A program made the position numbers and the translations under genes. This document shows, in pieces, positions 1 through 8,940 of a stretch of DNA of 64,000 bases; position 1 is the first letter of the stretch, and every line of letters starts with the position of its first letter. Below the pieces are notes generated by a model that made no database searches, was not told the DNA's origin, and worked only from the letters and a program-made list of their open reading frames with translations. Location of the stretch: NCBI RefSeq assembly GCF_988242995.1, contig NZ_OZ547043.1. One strand, written 5' to 3'.

Positions 1-1
1 A

Positions 2-1015
2 GTACAGGCTAACGCCGTGAACTGGGCGACGGTGAAATTCTGGCAGCAAATGGGTCTGACCCGCGTGATCCTCTCTCGCGAACTGTCACTGGAAGAGATT
101 GAAGAGATCCGCAATCAGGTGCCAGATATGGAGATCGAAATCTTCGTTCACGGCGCGCTGTGCATGGCCTACTCCGGTCGCTGCCTGCTCTCTGGCTATA
201 TCAACAAGCGCGACCCGAACCAGGGCACCTGCACCAACGCCTGCCGCTGGGAGTACAACGTCCAGGAAGGGAAAGAAGATGACGTTGGCAACATCGTGCA
301 CAAGTACGAGCCGATTCCGGTGCAAAATGTTGAGCCGACGCTGGGTATCGGCGCACCAACTGACAAAGTGTTTATGATCGAAGAAGCCCAGCGTCCGGGC
401 GAGTATATGACCGCGTTTGAAGATGAGCACGGCACTTACATCATGAACTCGAAAGATCTGCGCGCTATCGCCCACGTTGAACGCCTGACCAAAATGGGCG
501 TGCATTCGCTGAAAATCGAAGGCCGTACTAAATCTTTCTACTATTGCGCACGCACCGCACAGGTTTACCGTAAAGCTATCGATGACGCCGCTGCGGGCAA
601 ACCGTTCGATACCAGCCTGCTGGAAACTCTGGAAGGTCTGGCGCATCGTGGCTATACCGAAGGTTTCCTGCGTCGTCATACTCACGACGATTATCAGAAC
701 TACGAATACGGTTATTCAGTTTCTGACCGCCAGCAGTTTGTTGGTGAGTTTACCGGTGAGCGCAAGGGCGACCTCGCGGCGGTAGCGGTGAAAAATAAAT
801 TCTCCGTTGGCGACAGCCTTGAGCTGATGACGCCGCAAGGCAACATTAATTTTACCCTTGAGCACATGGAAAACGCCAAAGGTGAAGCTATGCCGGTCGC
901 ACCAGGCGATGGTTATACTGTGTGGATCCCGGTGCCGCAGGATCTTGAGCTAAATTACGCGCTGCTGATGCGTAATTTCTCCGGGGAAACCACGCGTAAC
1001 CCCCACGGTAAGTGA
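2..1015 (+). CDS. yegQ: U32-family peptidase YegQ, C-terminal part (5' end lies outside window)
   Basis: ORF open from window edge, stop at 1013-1015; translation matches remembered YegQ C-terminus; lies immediately upstream of cyaR as in E. coli. Confidence 0.8.
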   Translation, partial: VQANAVNWATVKFWQQMGLTRVILSRELSLEEIEEIRNQVPDMEIEIFVHGALCMAYSGRCLLSGYINKRDPNQGTCTNACRWEYNVQEGKEDDVGNIVHKYEPIPVQNVEPTLGIGAPTDKVFMIEEAQRPGEYMTAFEDEHGTYIMNSKDLRAIAHVERLTKMGVHSLKIEGRTKSFYYCARTAQVYRKAIDDAAAGKPFDTSLLETLEGLAHRGYTEGFLRRHTHDDYQNYEYGYSVSDRQQFVGEFTGERKGDLAAVAVKNKFSVGDSLELMTPQGNINFTLEHMENAKGEAMPVAPGDGYTVWIPVPQDLELNYALLMRNFSGETTRNPHGK

Positions 1016-1099
1016 TTAATTTCGATTATTTTTCCCGGATGGAAAATTCTTAGAAACCGATCACATACAGCTGCATTTATTAAGGTTATCATCTGTTTC

Positions 1100-1186
1100 G
1101 CTGAAAAACATAACCCATAAAATGCTAGCTGTACCAGGAACCACCTCCTTAGCCTGTGTAATCTCCCTTACACGGGCTTATTTTTT
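1100..1186 (+). ncRNA. cyaR: CyaR (RyeE) Hfq-dependent sRNA; its last 27 nt are the prophage att core
   Basis: Sequence gctgaaaaacataacccataaaatgctagctgtaccaggaaccacctccttagcctgtgtaatctcccttacacgggcttatttttt matches my recollection of cyaR; ends in hairpin plus T6. Confidence 0.8.
1160..1186. repeat. attL core, 27 bp (aatctcccttacacgggcttatttttt)
   Basis: Exact 27-bp direct repeat of 33441-33467; reverse complement equals the P2 locI core as I remember it (AAAAAATAAGCCCGTGTAAGGGAGATT). Confidence 0.85.
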
Positions 1187-1250
1187 ACGCGTAACACAAT
1201 GAAATAAAAGGATTTATTTCTGGTCACGTCCACACATTGACCACATCGAC

Positions 1251-1274
1251 AAAAAAGCCCCTCGACTGAGGGGC
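1251..1274 (-). terminator. Rho-independent terminator downstream of ogr
   Basis: Hairpin gcccctc-gact-gaggggc preceded on + strand by A6 (U-run on minus strand), 14 bp past ogr stop. Confidence 0.6.
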
Positions 1275-1287
1275 TTCCTGTTTGTAA

Positions 1288-1506
1288 TTACATCCACATA
1301 ATTTGCTGCCCTGACGGCAACGGGTGCGGTCTTACGGCGTGGACTTCTCCCGGCTTCACGATGTATCGCTGTACCGACTCATAAGTGATGAATGTGGCGC
1401 TGCAATTCACGTTCTGACACTGGTGATAACGCTCTTTTGTCGTGTCAGTGATATAGCGGCTTGTACGCGCATGTGCGGCATGCTGGCATAAAGGACAATG
1501 AAACAT
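1288..1506 (-). CDS. ogr: Ogr, zinc-finger late-gene transcription activator
   Basis: 72 aa from ATG 1506; C-x2-C ... C-x4-C motif; matches remembered P2 Ogr (MFHCPLCQHAAHARTSRYI...). ORF-track start at 1569 is a TTG. Confidence 0.9.
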   Translation of the reverse strand: MFHCPLCQHAAHARTSRYITDTTKERYHQCQNVNCSATFITYESVQRYIVKPGEVHAVRPHPLPSGQQIMWM

Positions 1507-1587
1507 CGCGAGCACCTCTTCCGGTTTTGTTGATGGTGCCATTTTAGTTAATTTATCCTTATAAAACAAACAGATAAATAAATTACA

Positions 1588-2751
1588 TCACTCATCATCT
1601 TCTGTTTCGTACTCCACATCAGAAAGCCTGACCTCAAGCTCTAAGGACGTCGTGAAGCCGCTATTATTCAGAAAATGTGTCACCTTAGTGATTGTCCAGT
1701 CCTGCTCGTCTATGACGCGCTTAAAGCCTGATACTTTAACCGGTGTTTCCGTGTAAATATCAGCACGACCGGTAGCCAGGCTGATGGAGAACTCCGCAAC
1801 GCCCCGTTGCAGTTTATCCCACTTCGCCTGAGCGGCACGCATGGCCTGTGCTTTCGTGGCATATACCGTGGTCAGGGCAAAAACGTTGTCAGCCTCACCG
1901 GCCATGTATTCACCTTCGCGCGCTTCCGGTACTTTTGGCGCTTTCTTCTGCCTGACCGGTTTTGCTTTCGGGTGCTCCAGTGCGCGCAGGTGTTTTTCTT
2001 TCTTTTTGCGTTTCAGTTTTACCTTCTGCTTTTGCGGCTTCGGGTCTTTGGTGTGTAACCACTTTGCCGTTACGCCGGTATAGGCTCCACGGTCAGCAAT
2101 CGCAAAATGATGGCGGTCGCCGTCGCTGCGGGTGATGGTGACCTGCGGGATTTTTTTACCGCTGGCCGTCACCCCCTGCCCCGCTTTGAGAAACAGCAGT
2201 TTTCCCATTTTTACCGACACCTCACCGCCGTTGCGTTCTGCAAGACGGGTCAGGAATTTCGCATCAGACTCCTGCGACTGGTCGATGTGCGGGATTTTAA
2301 TTCCGGCCAGTGACGGCGCGACACTGGCTTCCAGCTTGTTACGGGAGGCTATCGCCTCAACAATCGCACCGAGCGTGGTGTCATGCCATGAGCCTTCACG
2401 GCGGGAATTGAGCGTCCCGCGAAAATCTGCACTCCGGGCGCGGATGGTGACCACATCCGGTGCGCCCCGGTGTTCAACCTCATCAACGGTAAATTTCCCT
2501 TTGCATACCAGGGCAAAACCTTTCCAGCCGATATACACCGTCAGAACAGCACCACGAACCGGCAGTTCGACCTGCCCGTCGGCATCGTTCAGTTCAATAT
2601 CAAGCTGGTCAGCCTCAAAGCCCCGGTTATCCGTCAGGGTCATGCTCATCAGACGGTCGCTGATATTGCCGGTAATATCCCTGCTGTCGAGCATCAGCAT
2701 GTAATCCGGCGTCAGCGTACTGCCTGCATCAAATGTCAGCGCATCCAGCAT
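1588..2751 (-). CDS. D: Tail protein gpD
   Basis: 387 aa, P2 gpD length and position next to ogr. Confidence 0.9.
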   Translation of the reverse strand: MLDALTFDAGSTLTPDYMLMLDSRDITGNISDRLMSMTLTDNRGFEADQLDIELNDADGQVELPVRGAVLTVYIGWKGFALVCKGKFTVDEVEHRGAPDVVTIRARSADFRGTLNSRREGSWHDTTLGAIVEAIASRNKLEASVAPSLAGIKIPHIDQSQESDAKFLTRLAERNGGEVSVKMGKLLFLKAGQGVTASGKKIPQVTITRSDGDRHHFAIADRGAYTGVTAKWLHTKDPKPQKQKVKLKRKKKEKHLRALEHPKAKPVRQKKAPKVPEAREGEYMAGEADNVFALTTVYATKAQAMRAAQAKWDKLQRGVAEFSISLATGRADIYTETPVKVSGFKRVIDEQDWTITKVTHFLNNSGFTTSLELEVRLSDVEYETEDDE

Positions 2752-3230
2752 TATCCTGCCCCCGTCATACCCGTGAATCTGGTCGCCATACTGCCGGCCT
2801 TACCGATGAGCGACTCCGCCTGTTTACCAATATCGCCATAAAGCGCGGCCAGTGATTCATCAACGCGGGTGAGAGACAGCGTAAAATCAATTTTCCGGGG
2901 TGTGCCGTCTGCAAAGAAAATACTCCCTGTTTCACTCACCCTGCTGATGACATACATGCCGTAAATCATGCCGGTGCCATCCAGCAACGGCCACGCCCGG
3001 CCTTCCTCTGCCATCAGCCTGAGAGTGGTCATCGTCAGCTTGCCGCCGGTCAGTTCGGGATAAAGCACACCGGCAAGCGTGATGTTTTCCTCGCCAACGC
3101 CGAGAAACTGATAGGCATCCCGTTTACCGATACGGGAATTTGAAGGCCAGCGATAATCAGATTCACGCTGCATGGTCTGGTGTGGCAACGTCTGGCGCAT
3201 AAAAACAAACATACCTAACGCGAGCATCAT
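2751..3230 (-). CDS. U: Tail protein gpU
   Basis: 159 aa, P2 gpU length and position; stop-start overlap with D. Confidence 0.9.
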   Translation of the reverse strand: MMLALGMFVFMRQTLPHQTMQRESDYRWPSNSRIGKRDAYQFLGVGEENITLAGVLYPELTGGKLTMTTLRLMAEEGRAWPLLDGTGMIYGMYVISRVSETGSIFFADGTPRKIDFTLSLTRVDESLAALYGDIGKQAESLIGKAGSMATRFTGMTGAG

Positions 3231-3244
3231 TTTTCGTCACCTCC

Positions 3245-5692
3245 TTAACCGTCATGCATCATGCTGGCACGGGCGCGCGCACGTTTATCCCGCTCGTATT
3301 TTTCGAGCGCATCCTGTAACTGGCGGTCAAGCTGTGTCCCCGGCGCAGTACCGCCCGTCAGGTTGATGTGATATTCGTTTTTACTCTGGTCCACATAAGA
3401 GCGGCCAGCCAGTGCCGTGACTGGCTGATAAGCCTGATAGCCTGCATAAGAGCTGGTCGCCGGAATATAACCACCGGTGCCATACGTGGCGGCATGAGTT
3501 CTGGCGGCGGTCTGGTCAAGTGTGTCTGACTCTTTGTTGATGACCCCGAGCTTTTCCAGTACCCAGTCAATACCGCTGCGCAGTTTGTTGAACGCATTAA
3601 GCGGCAGCATCAACGCGTCAGCCAGTGCCTGCCCGAACATGACGCCCGTATCACGGCAACGGTTCAGGGTGTCCCGGGTGGCTTTGACCGGGGCAATCAG
3701 GTTTTTAAACCACTGCCACGCGGCCTGTAACTTTTCGCCCAGCCAGTCAAACACCGGCTTAAGTGGCGTGAACAGTTCCCCCACCGGCGCAAATGCCGCT
3801 TTCAGCCCTTCAACCACACCGCCAAAGAATGCGCTGACAGGCTCCCAGTATTTACGGATAAGTAACGCCCCGGCGACAATGGCGGCCACCACGGCCACAA
3901 CCGGCCAGCTAATCGCCCCGATGGCCGTCATAACAGCACTGCCAACCGTCGTGAAGATTGCTCCCATTGCGCCTGCTGCCGCGATGATGGCATTGATGCC
4001 GGTGATAACCGGCCAGGCTACGAGGCCAATGGCACCGATGACACCAATCAGCGCCAGTGCACCACCGACAATGATGCCGATGGTTGACGCCAGTGATTTG
4101 TTTTTCTGTATCCAGCCGTCGAGTTTTAACACATACTTTGTGGCCGTCTGCGTGAGCTTACGCAGTGCGCCTTCCTGCTGGTCAAACAGGTCAGTCCCCA
4201 CCGCCTCATAAGCGGACTGAAACTCCTTAAAGTCACCGCCGAGGTTGTCCTGCATGATATTTACCAGCTCGGCGGTCTTCCCGTCTGAGGCTTTAAACGC
4301 AGCGGTCAGTTTGTCCAGCTTTCCAGTTGAGGCGGCAGTCATCAGCACGGCGGCGGCTGAGCTGGCCTCCTCCCCGAAAATAGTTTTCATGTATTCAGCC
4401 TGCTGGGCAGTACCGAGCCGGTTTTTCTCAAAACTGGCCTGCATTTCTTTCAGAATGGTAAATACTGGTCGAGTATTCCCTTTACTGTCTGAGGTTTTCA
4501 CGCCAAGCTCTTTCAGTGCATCCCATGCTTTTCCCGTCGGTGCCTGCAGGCGGCTTAACACGGCACGGCTTCCCGTCCCCGCCATTGAACCGGTAATTTT
4601 TGCATCATGCAGCGCCCCGACCATTGCGGCGGTTTCTTCAATGCTGACACCAGCATTTTTTGCCACAGGTGCGGCATAGGTCAGCGCATCGCTCATGCCA
4701 TCAAAATCGGCGGCGGTTTTGTTCATCGTCATGGAGAGAACATCCCCGATATGAGCGACCTTATCGTTTGAAAGCTGAAAGGCGGATTTCATCCCCATCA
4801 GCAGGGCGGCGTTTTCTTCCATCGTGCGACGGTTCGCCAACGCCATATTCAGCGTGACCGGCGTTGCCGCCTGAATGGCATCAACATCCCCACCGGCTTT
4901 CGCAATAATAATCTGCGCACCGGCTGCATCATCTGCCGAGGCTGCGGTATTGTCGCCGAGCTGGCGCGCCTGCTTGCGTAGTGCAGCCATTTCGGCGGAG
5001 TCTTTTGCCACACCGAGCACAGCCTGCAATTCTGAGTTTTTCTGCGCAAACTCATAACCGGGCATCAGCAACTTAACTCCGGCCATCGTTCCCGCAGCAG
5101 CAATCCCCACACCGGCAGCGCCCACTGAGGCCATATTTCCGGCCAGTTCCTTTCCGGCCTGATAACGCTGTTTTACTGCGTTAAGTTTTGCCTGTTGTGC
5201 ACTGACACGCGCCAGCGCGTCACGCTGACGGTTAAGCTGTGCGGTGGTTTCACTGATACGGTTTTTCAGTCCCTGCTCATCATGTGCAAGATTGCGGGTA
5301 TTAATTCCCACAGCGGCCAGTTCCCGCTGCTGGCGTTTAATGGAATCTGTCAGGCGGTTATATTTCGCCTGTAAGTCCTCCGCCGCACGCTTTGCGGATT
5401 CCAGCACTTTCGCCTGAGCACGGGTCGGACGTTCAGTGTTTTTAAGCTGTGTGGCAAGGGCTTCGGCTTCCTGCCGTGCCTTTTCAAGTGCATGACCAGT
5501 CACGGCAAGCTGTGCGCTGGTCTTGCGAAATCCCTCAATACGGGATGCGTGACCGTTCAGCTCGCGCAGTGATTTTTGTGTTTCCCGGATATCCCCCGAC
5601 AGCGACTTACTCGCTGTGCGGATGGATTTAAACGGGCGGGATGCCTGGTCAACAGCCCTGAGCAATACCTGTAATTTTACATTGTTACTCAT
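3245..5692 (-). CDS. T: Tail tape-measure protein gpT
   Basis: 815 aa, Ala/Gly-rich coiled and hydrophobic segments typical of tape-measure proteins; P2 T position. Confidence 0.9.
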   Translation of the reverse strand: MSNNVKLQVLLRAVDQASRPFKSIRTASKSLSGDIRETQKSLRELNGHASRIEGFRKTSAQLAVTGHALEKARQEAEALATQLKNTERPTRAQAKVLESAKRAAEDLQAKYNRLTDSIKRQQRELAAVGINTRNLAHDEQGLKNRISETTAQLNRQRDALARVSAQQAKLNAVKQRYQAGKELAGNMASVGAAGVGIAAAGTMAGVKLLMPGYEFAQKNSELQAVLGVAKDSAEMAALRKQARQLGDNTAASADDAAGAQIIIAKAGGDVDAIQAATPVTLNMALANRRTMEENAALLMGMKSAFQLSNDKVAHIGDVLSMTMNKTAADFDGMSDALTYAAPVAKNAGVSIEETAAMVGALHDAKITGSMAGTGSRAVLSRLQAPTGKAWDALKELGVKTSDSKGNTRPVFTILKEMQASFEKNRLGTAQQAEYMKTIFGEEASSAAAVLMTAASTGKLDKLTAAFKASDGKTAELVNIMQDNLGGDFKEFQSAYEAVGTDLFDQQEGALRKLTQTATKYVLKLDGWIQKNKSLASTIGIIVGGALALIGVIGAIGLVAWPVITGINAIIAAAGAMGAIFTTVGSAVMTAIGAISWPVVAVVAAIVAGALLIRKYWEPVSAFFGGVVEGLKAAFAPVGELFTPLKPVFDWLGEKLQAAWQWFKNLIAPVKATRDTLNRCRDTGVMFGQALADALMLPLNAFNKLRSGIDWVLEKLGVINKESDTLDQTAARTHAATYGTGGYIPATSSYAGYQAYQPVTALAGRSYVDQSKNEYHINLTGGTAPGTQLDRQLQDALEKYERDKRARARASMMHDG

Positions 5693-6112
5693 TCGTGTTT
5701 CCGCTTCGCCGGAGCGCCTTTTCGCGCCATGTGATGAGTTCGGTCAGGCTCATGGGATACAGTTCTGATGGCGGCCAGTGAAATATCACTGCCACATCCG
5801 CCATCAGGTCATCGACCGAGAGATTTTTCGGGAACGTTACTGCACCGAGTTCGGCGACAAAAAACCGACCACCTTACCGGCCAGCGCCACAAGGTCAGGC
5901 AGTTCCAGCGCGGCGACTTCCTGCTCGGTCAGCATCGGTGCCGTCATGCGCGGCAGCACCTTAATCAGTGCATCGACTTCGGAGTTCGCGACCGCAGCCA
6001 GACTGACACCGCGCAGCGTCCCGGCATTAGGTTTCATCAGCGTGACCTGTTCGATAACCTGCTCACCACGCTTGACCGGATTGTCCAGGGTAATCACATT
6101 TTCTTTGTTCAT
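5685..6112 (-). CDS. E': gpE+E' product of programmed -1 frameshift (slip at TTTTTTG, + coords 5858-5864)
   Basis: Slippery heptamer T TTT TTG near 3' end of E; -1 frame stays open to a TAA at 5685-5687 overlapping the T start, giving 142 aa as in P2 E+E'. Confidence 0.7.
5837..6112 (-). CDS. E: Tail assembly chaperone gpE
   Basis: 91 aa, P2 gpE length and position. Confidence 0.85.
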   Translation of the reverse strand: MNKENVITLDNPVKRGEQVIEQVTLMKPNAGTLRGVSLAAVANSEVDALIKVLPRMTAPMLTEQEVAALELPDLVALAGKVVGFLSPNSVQ

Positions 6113-6168
6113 GGTTTTCTCACTTCTGAATCGGGGTTAACCGGTCAGCCAGGCTGACCGGATGAAAA

Positions 6169-6687
6169 TCACAGGCCGATATTGCGGCGGTGTTGCTCCA
6201 GCCGGTCGACGCCGTTCACCTTCTCAATCATGTTGATGGTGTCGATTTCGACCAGCTCCTTACCGTCCATCGTCAGCCGGAAATAGGTGCAGACCACGGA
6301 GATTTTCGACTCGGTGTCTTCTCCCTGTTTGCCCTCGCCGGTGTCGATTTCTTTCTGACGTCCACGCATGACCACCTCGACGGCCACCGTTTCGCCGGTA
6401 TCGTCGCGCTGGTAAGAGCCTGCAAAACGAATCGGTACGGAATCCACACCGGTTGCGGCGTAAAGCTCCCAGATAACCGAATCCGGGAAGCCACCGAGCG
6501 ACCACTCCATTGACAGCGCATCGTCATCAAGGCCGAGGTCTACCGGTGCGCTGCCGTTCATCCCCGCACCGCGATAGTTTTCGAGCTTACGGGTCAGTTT
6601 TGGTAGCGTGACGGACTTCGCGACGCCCTGATAGCTGTAGCCGTTCAGAAAGACGTTCATTAACTTGAGTTTGCGCGGCATTGCCAT
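6169..6687 (-). CDS. FII: Tail tube protein gpFII
   Basis: 172 aa, P2 FII length and position. Confidence 0.9.
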   Translation of the reverse strand: MAMPRKLKLMNVFLNGYSYQGVAKSVTLPKLTRKLENYRGAGMNGSAPVDLGLDDDALSMEWSLGGFPDSVIWELYAATGVDSVPIRFAGSYQRDDTGETVAVEVVMRGRQKEIDTGEGKQGEDTESKISVVCTYFRLTMDGKELVEIDTINMIEKVNGVDRLEQHRRNIGL

Positions 6688-6699
6688 CGGTCAGGCTCC

Positions 6700-7890
6700 T
6701 TAATTGCTGTTAACCGAGGTGACCAGATTTGCCAGGTATTTATCGGTAATACGCTGGCGCAGGGTCAGGTTTTCAAGAGGAGGCACCGGTGTATAGTCGT
6801 AGTCGATATACAGTTTTCCGGCCTTGAGGGTTTCCGCATCGTTGGATTCTTCGCTGAACCAGCAGGTCGCATCCACGATATAGCCGTTTGTTTTCAGCTC
6901 ACGGAATTTGGCATTGATGCCGTCAACGATGTCGCGAATCAGCGTTGCGGTGATGGGCTTGTCCACCGCCCACATGTGCGCCTCAGCCATCGTGTCGGCC
7001 ATCACCTGCGCGGTGCGGGTGTAGTTTTCAAAGAGGAACAGCGGGTCATCAGAGCAGGTACGGTTACCCCAGAATCGGAAACCGTCGCGGCGAATCAGCG
7101 TAGTGACGCCTGACTCGTTAAGCAGGTCAGCATCGGTGCCGGACTCCTGCAAATCCCAGAATACAGATGCGCTGATGCCGGTAACACCGTTTACCCCGAC
7201 GTTGGACAGCGTTTTATGCCAGCCCTGCTCCTGGTCGATTTTAGCGCGCAGACCCAGCGCACGGGCGGTGGCATACGCGGTGGCGGTGGTACTGGTGACC
7301 GTATCCCATGCGAGGAAATCCGGCCAGATGACCATCAGCTCACGCTGGCTGAAATTCTGGCGGTAGGCTTTCACCTCGGAAATGGTCTTACAGCCCCATG
7401 CGCTGATATATCCGAAAGCGCGCAGCTTCTGACAGACGGATGCCAGTGCAACAGCCACCTCTTTGGTATCCAGTCCCGGCACGCCGAGAATACGCGGTTT
7501 AACACCGGTTACCGACTCCGCCGCCAGCAGGGCTTTCAGTCCGGTGTACTGACCGTTTTCGTCGGTGGTGCCGATGATATTGGAAACGGTCTGCGCAAGT
7601 TTCGTTTCCTCGTCATCACCGGTGCCGTCTTCCACGCGCACGACAACGGTGACCGGTTTTGACTGGTCAGCGATGGCCTGCAACGATGCCGCCAGCGTGC
7701 CTTTTTTACCGGCCTTTGCAATTGCGCTCTGCACATTGGTAATCAGCACCGGTTTATTGAGGGGGAAGGTTTCCGCATCCGCATCGCTGGCCGTGCAGAC
7801 CATGCCGACAATGGCAGTGGATACGGTGGAAATGACGCGGGTGCCGTCGTTAATCTCCAGCACCTGCACGCCGTGATGATAGTCACTCAT
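6700..7890 (-). CDS. FI: Contractile tail sheath protein gpFI
   Basis: 396 aa, P2 FI length and position. Confidence 0.9.
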   Translation of the reverse strand: MSDYHHGVQVLEINDGTRVISTVSTAIVGMVCTASDADAETFPLNKPVLITNVQSAIAKAGKKGTLAASLQAIADQSKPVTVVVRVEDGTGDDEETKLAQTVSNIIGTTDENGQYTGLKALLAAESVTGVKPRILGVPGLDTKEVAVALASVCQKLRAFGYISAWGCKTISEVKAYRQNFSQRELMVIWPDFLAWDTVTSTTATAYATARALGLRAKIDQEQGWHKTLSNVGVNGVTGISASVFWDLQESGTDADLLNESGVTTLIRRDGFRFWGNRTCSDDPLFLFENYTRTAQVMADTMAEAHMWAVDKPITATLIRDIVDGINAKFRELKTNGYIVDATCWFSEESNDAETLKAGKLYIDYDYTPVPPLENLTLRQRITDKYLANLVTSVNSN

Positions 7891-8206
7891 CCGTTTAACT
7901 CCGTGGTTAATGGGTGCAACTATTTTCTGTTGTGCAGAGCATGAGACGCTATTTGCCCTGGATGGTCAGTGGATGAAACAACAGATACAGAAAAGGCGGG
8001 CAATTCGCCCGCATTTCCTAATTTGTACTAACCCAGCTTCCAACTGACAATTTACGTAGCCAAAAAGCTATCAAGTCTGGCAGACTGATTTGTACGAGGT
8101 GTGGATAACCATAATTATGTGCATGCTAACATCACGGTGCATGAGTCAATCGGGTCTATGCCAAAGAATTACGCCTTGATTGACCATAGATTGCTTGCCC
8201 TTGAAT

Positions 8207-8235
8207 TTGACCATTCCAATAAAATGAATTATGAT
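8207..8235 (+). promoter_or_regulatory. Near-consensus sigma70 promoter for cargo gene at 8258
   Basis: -35 TTGACC (8207-8212), 17-bp spacer, -10 TATGAT (8230-8235); followed by GGAGG RBS at 8247-8251. Confidence 0.45.
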
Positions 8236-8257
8236 AATCGTCAAATGGAGGTGCACA

Positions 8258-8902
8258 ATGATCAAACACACCGCAGCAGAAAGGGAAACCAACACTTCAG
8301 CTAAGCTGAATGAATACCAGTTGAACCTTCTGAAAAGAATTAACAACCTCGCTATTTCCCTGATGCCTGAATTTGAAGACAAAAACCAGGCAATTAATGC
8401 TATCACGCTGGATGATAGTTCACTGATGCAATTGCTCTACACCGTTCAACTCGAACAGAAGACTCGTGTCAATGACTACGAACTACGTAAAGTGCGCCGT
8501 CGTCGCGAAAATCTGGAACGATTTTATCGTGGGCTTCAGGAGTTAGGCGGTACGCTAAAGGTAAATGACGTGGTCGATATTCTTGGAATCACCCGCCAGG
8601 CGATCAACATTCGCGTTAAGAAGAACAAGCTTTTAGCATTCAAGCAGAACGGTGATTTTATTTTCCCGAAATTTCAGTTCACAGATAACGGGCTGATTCC
8701 CGGCTTTGAAGACGTAATGGCGGCATTTGACGAGAATACCCATCCAATGCTGAGGTTGGGTGTGCTGAAATCACCAATAGAGGTTAATAGCGAAGGCCTG
8801 AAAAAGACGCCGATTCAAATCATGCAGGACGGCGCTAAAAATAGTGAACTTAGTCTGGCTATCCGTGCCGCTAAACAGTTCGGAAATCATGTATCCAGTT
8901 AA
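8258..8902 (+). CDS. Cargo protein with HTH and C-terminal DUF2384-like (Xre/ParS/MbcA antitoxin-like) region plus a ~110-aa N-terminal extension of unknown function
   Basis: 214 aa from ATG 8258 with GGAGG RBS; HTH-like DILGITRQAINIRVKK; C-terminal HPMLRLGVLKSPIEVNSEGLKKTPIQIM resembles the toxin-binding domain of RES-Xre antitoxins; ~40% GC versus ~52% in flanking phage genes. Confidence 0.55.
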   Translation: MIKHTAAERETNTSAKLNEYQLNLLKRINNLAISLMPEFEDKNQAINAITLDDSSLMQLLYTVQLEQKTRVNDYELRKVRRRRENLERFYRGLQELGGTLKVNDVVDILGITRQAINIRVKKNKLLAFKQNGDFIFPKFQFTDNGLIPGFEDVMAAFDENTHPMLRLGVLKSPIEVNSEGLKKTPIQIMQDGAKNSELSLAIRAAKQFGNHVSS

Positions 8903-8913
8903 TTGTTTTAAAA

Positions 8914-8935
8914 AGAGGGGCTAGCCAGCCCCTCT
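8914..8935. terminator. Terminator hairpin shared by the convergent cargo genes
   Basis: Perfect stem agaggggc / gcccctct with 6-nt loop in the 38-bp gap between the two convergent stop codons; flanked by A/T runs. Confidence 0.5.
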
Positions 8936-8940
8936 TTGGT

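Noticed and set aside
2132-2704. 190-aa plus-strand ORF
   Set aside because: Antisense to tail gene D.
3522-4679. Plus-strand ORFs of 229 and 144 aa
   Set aside because: Antisense shadows inside the tape-measure gene T, with composition driven by the Ala/Gly-rich coding strand.
7891-8060. Ogr-dependent late promoter (TGT-N12-ACA) upstream of FI
   Set aside because: I could not find a clean TGT-N12-ACA element by eye in the expected window; a late promoter is likely present but I cannot place it.
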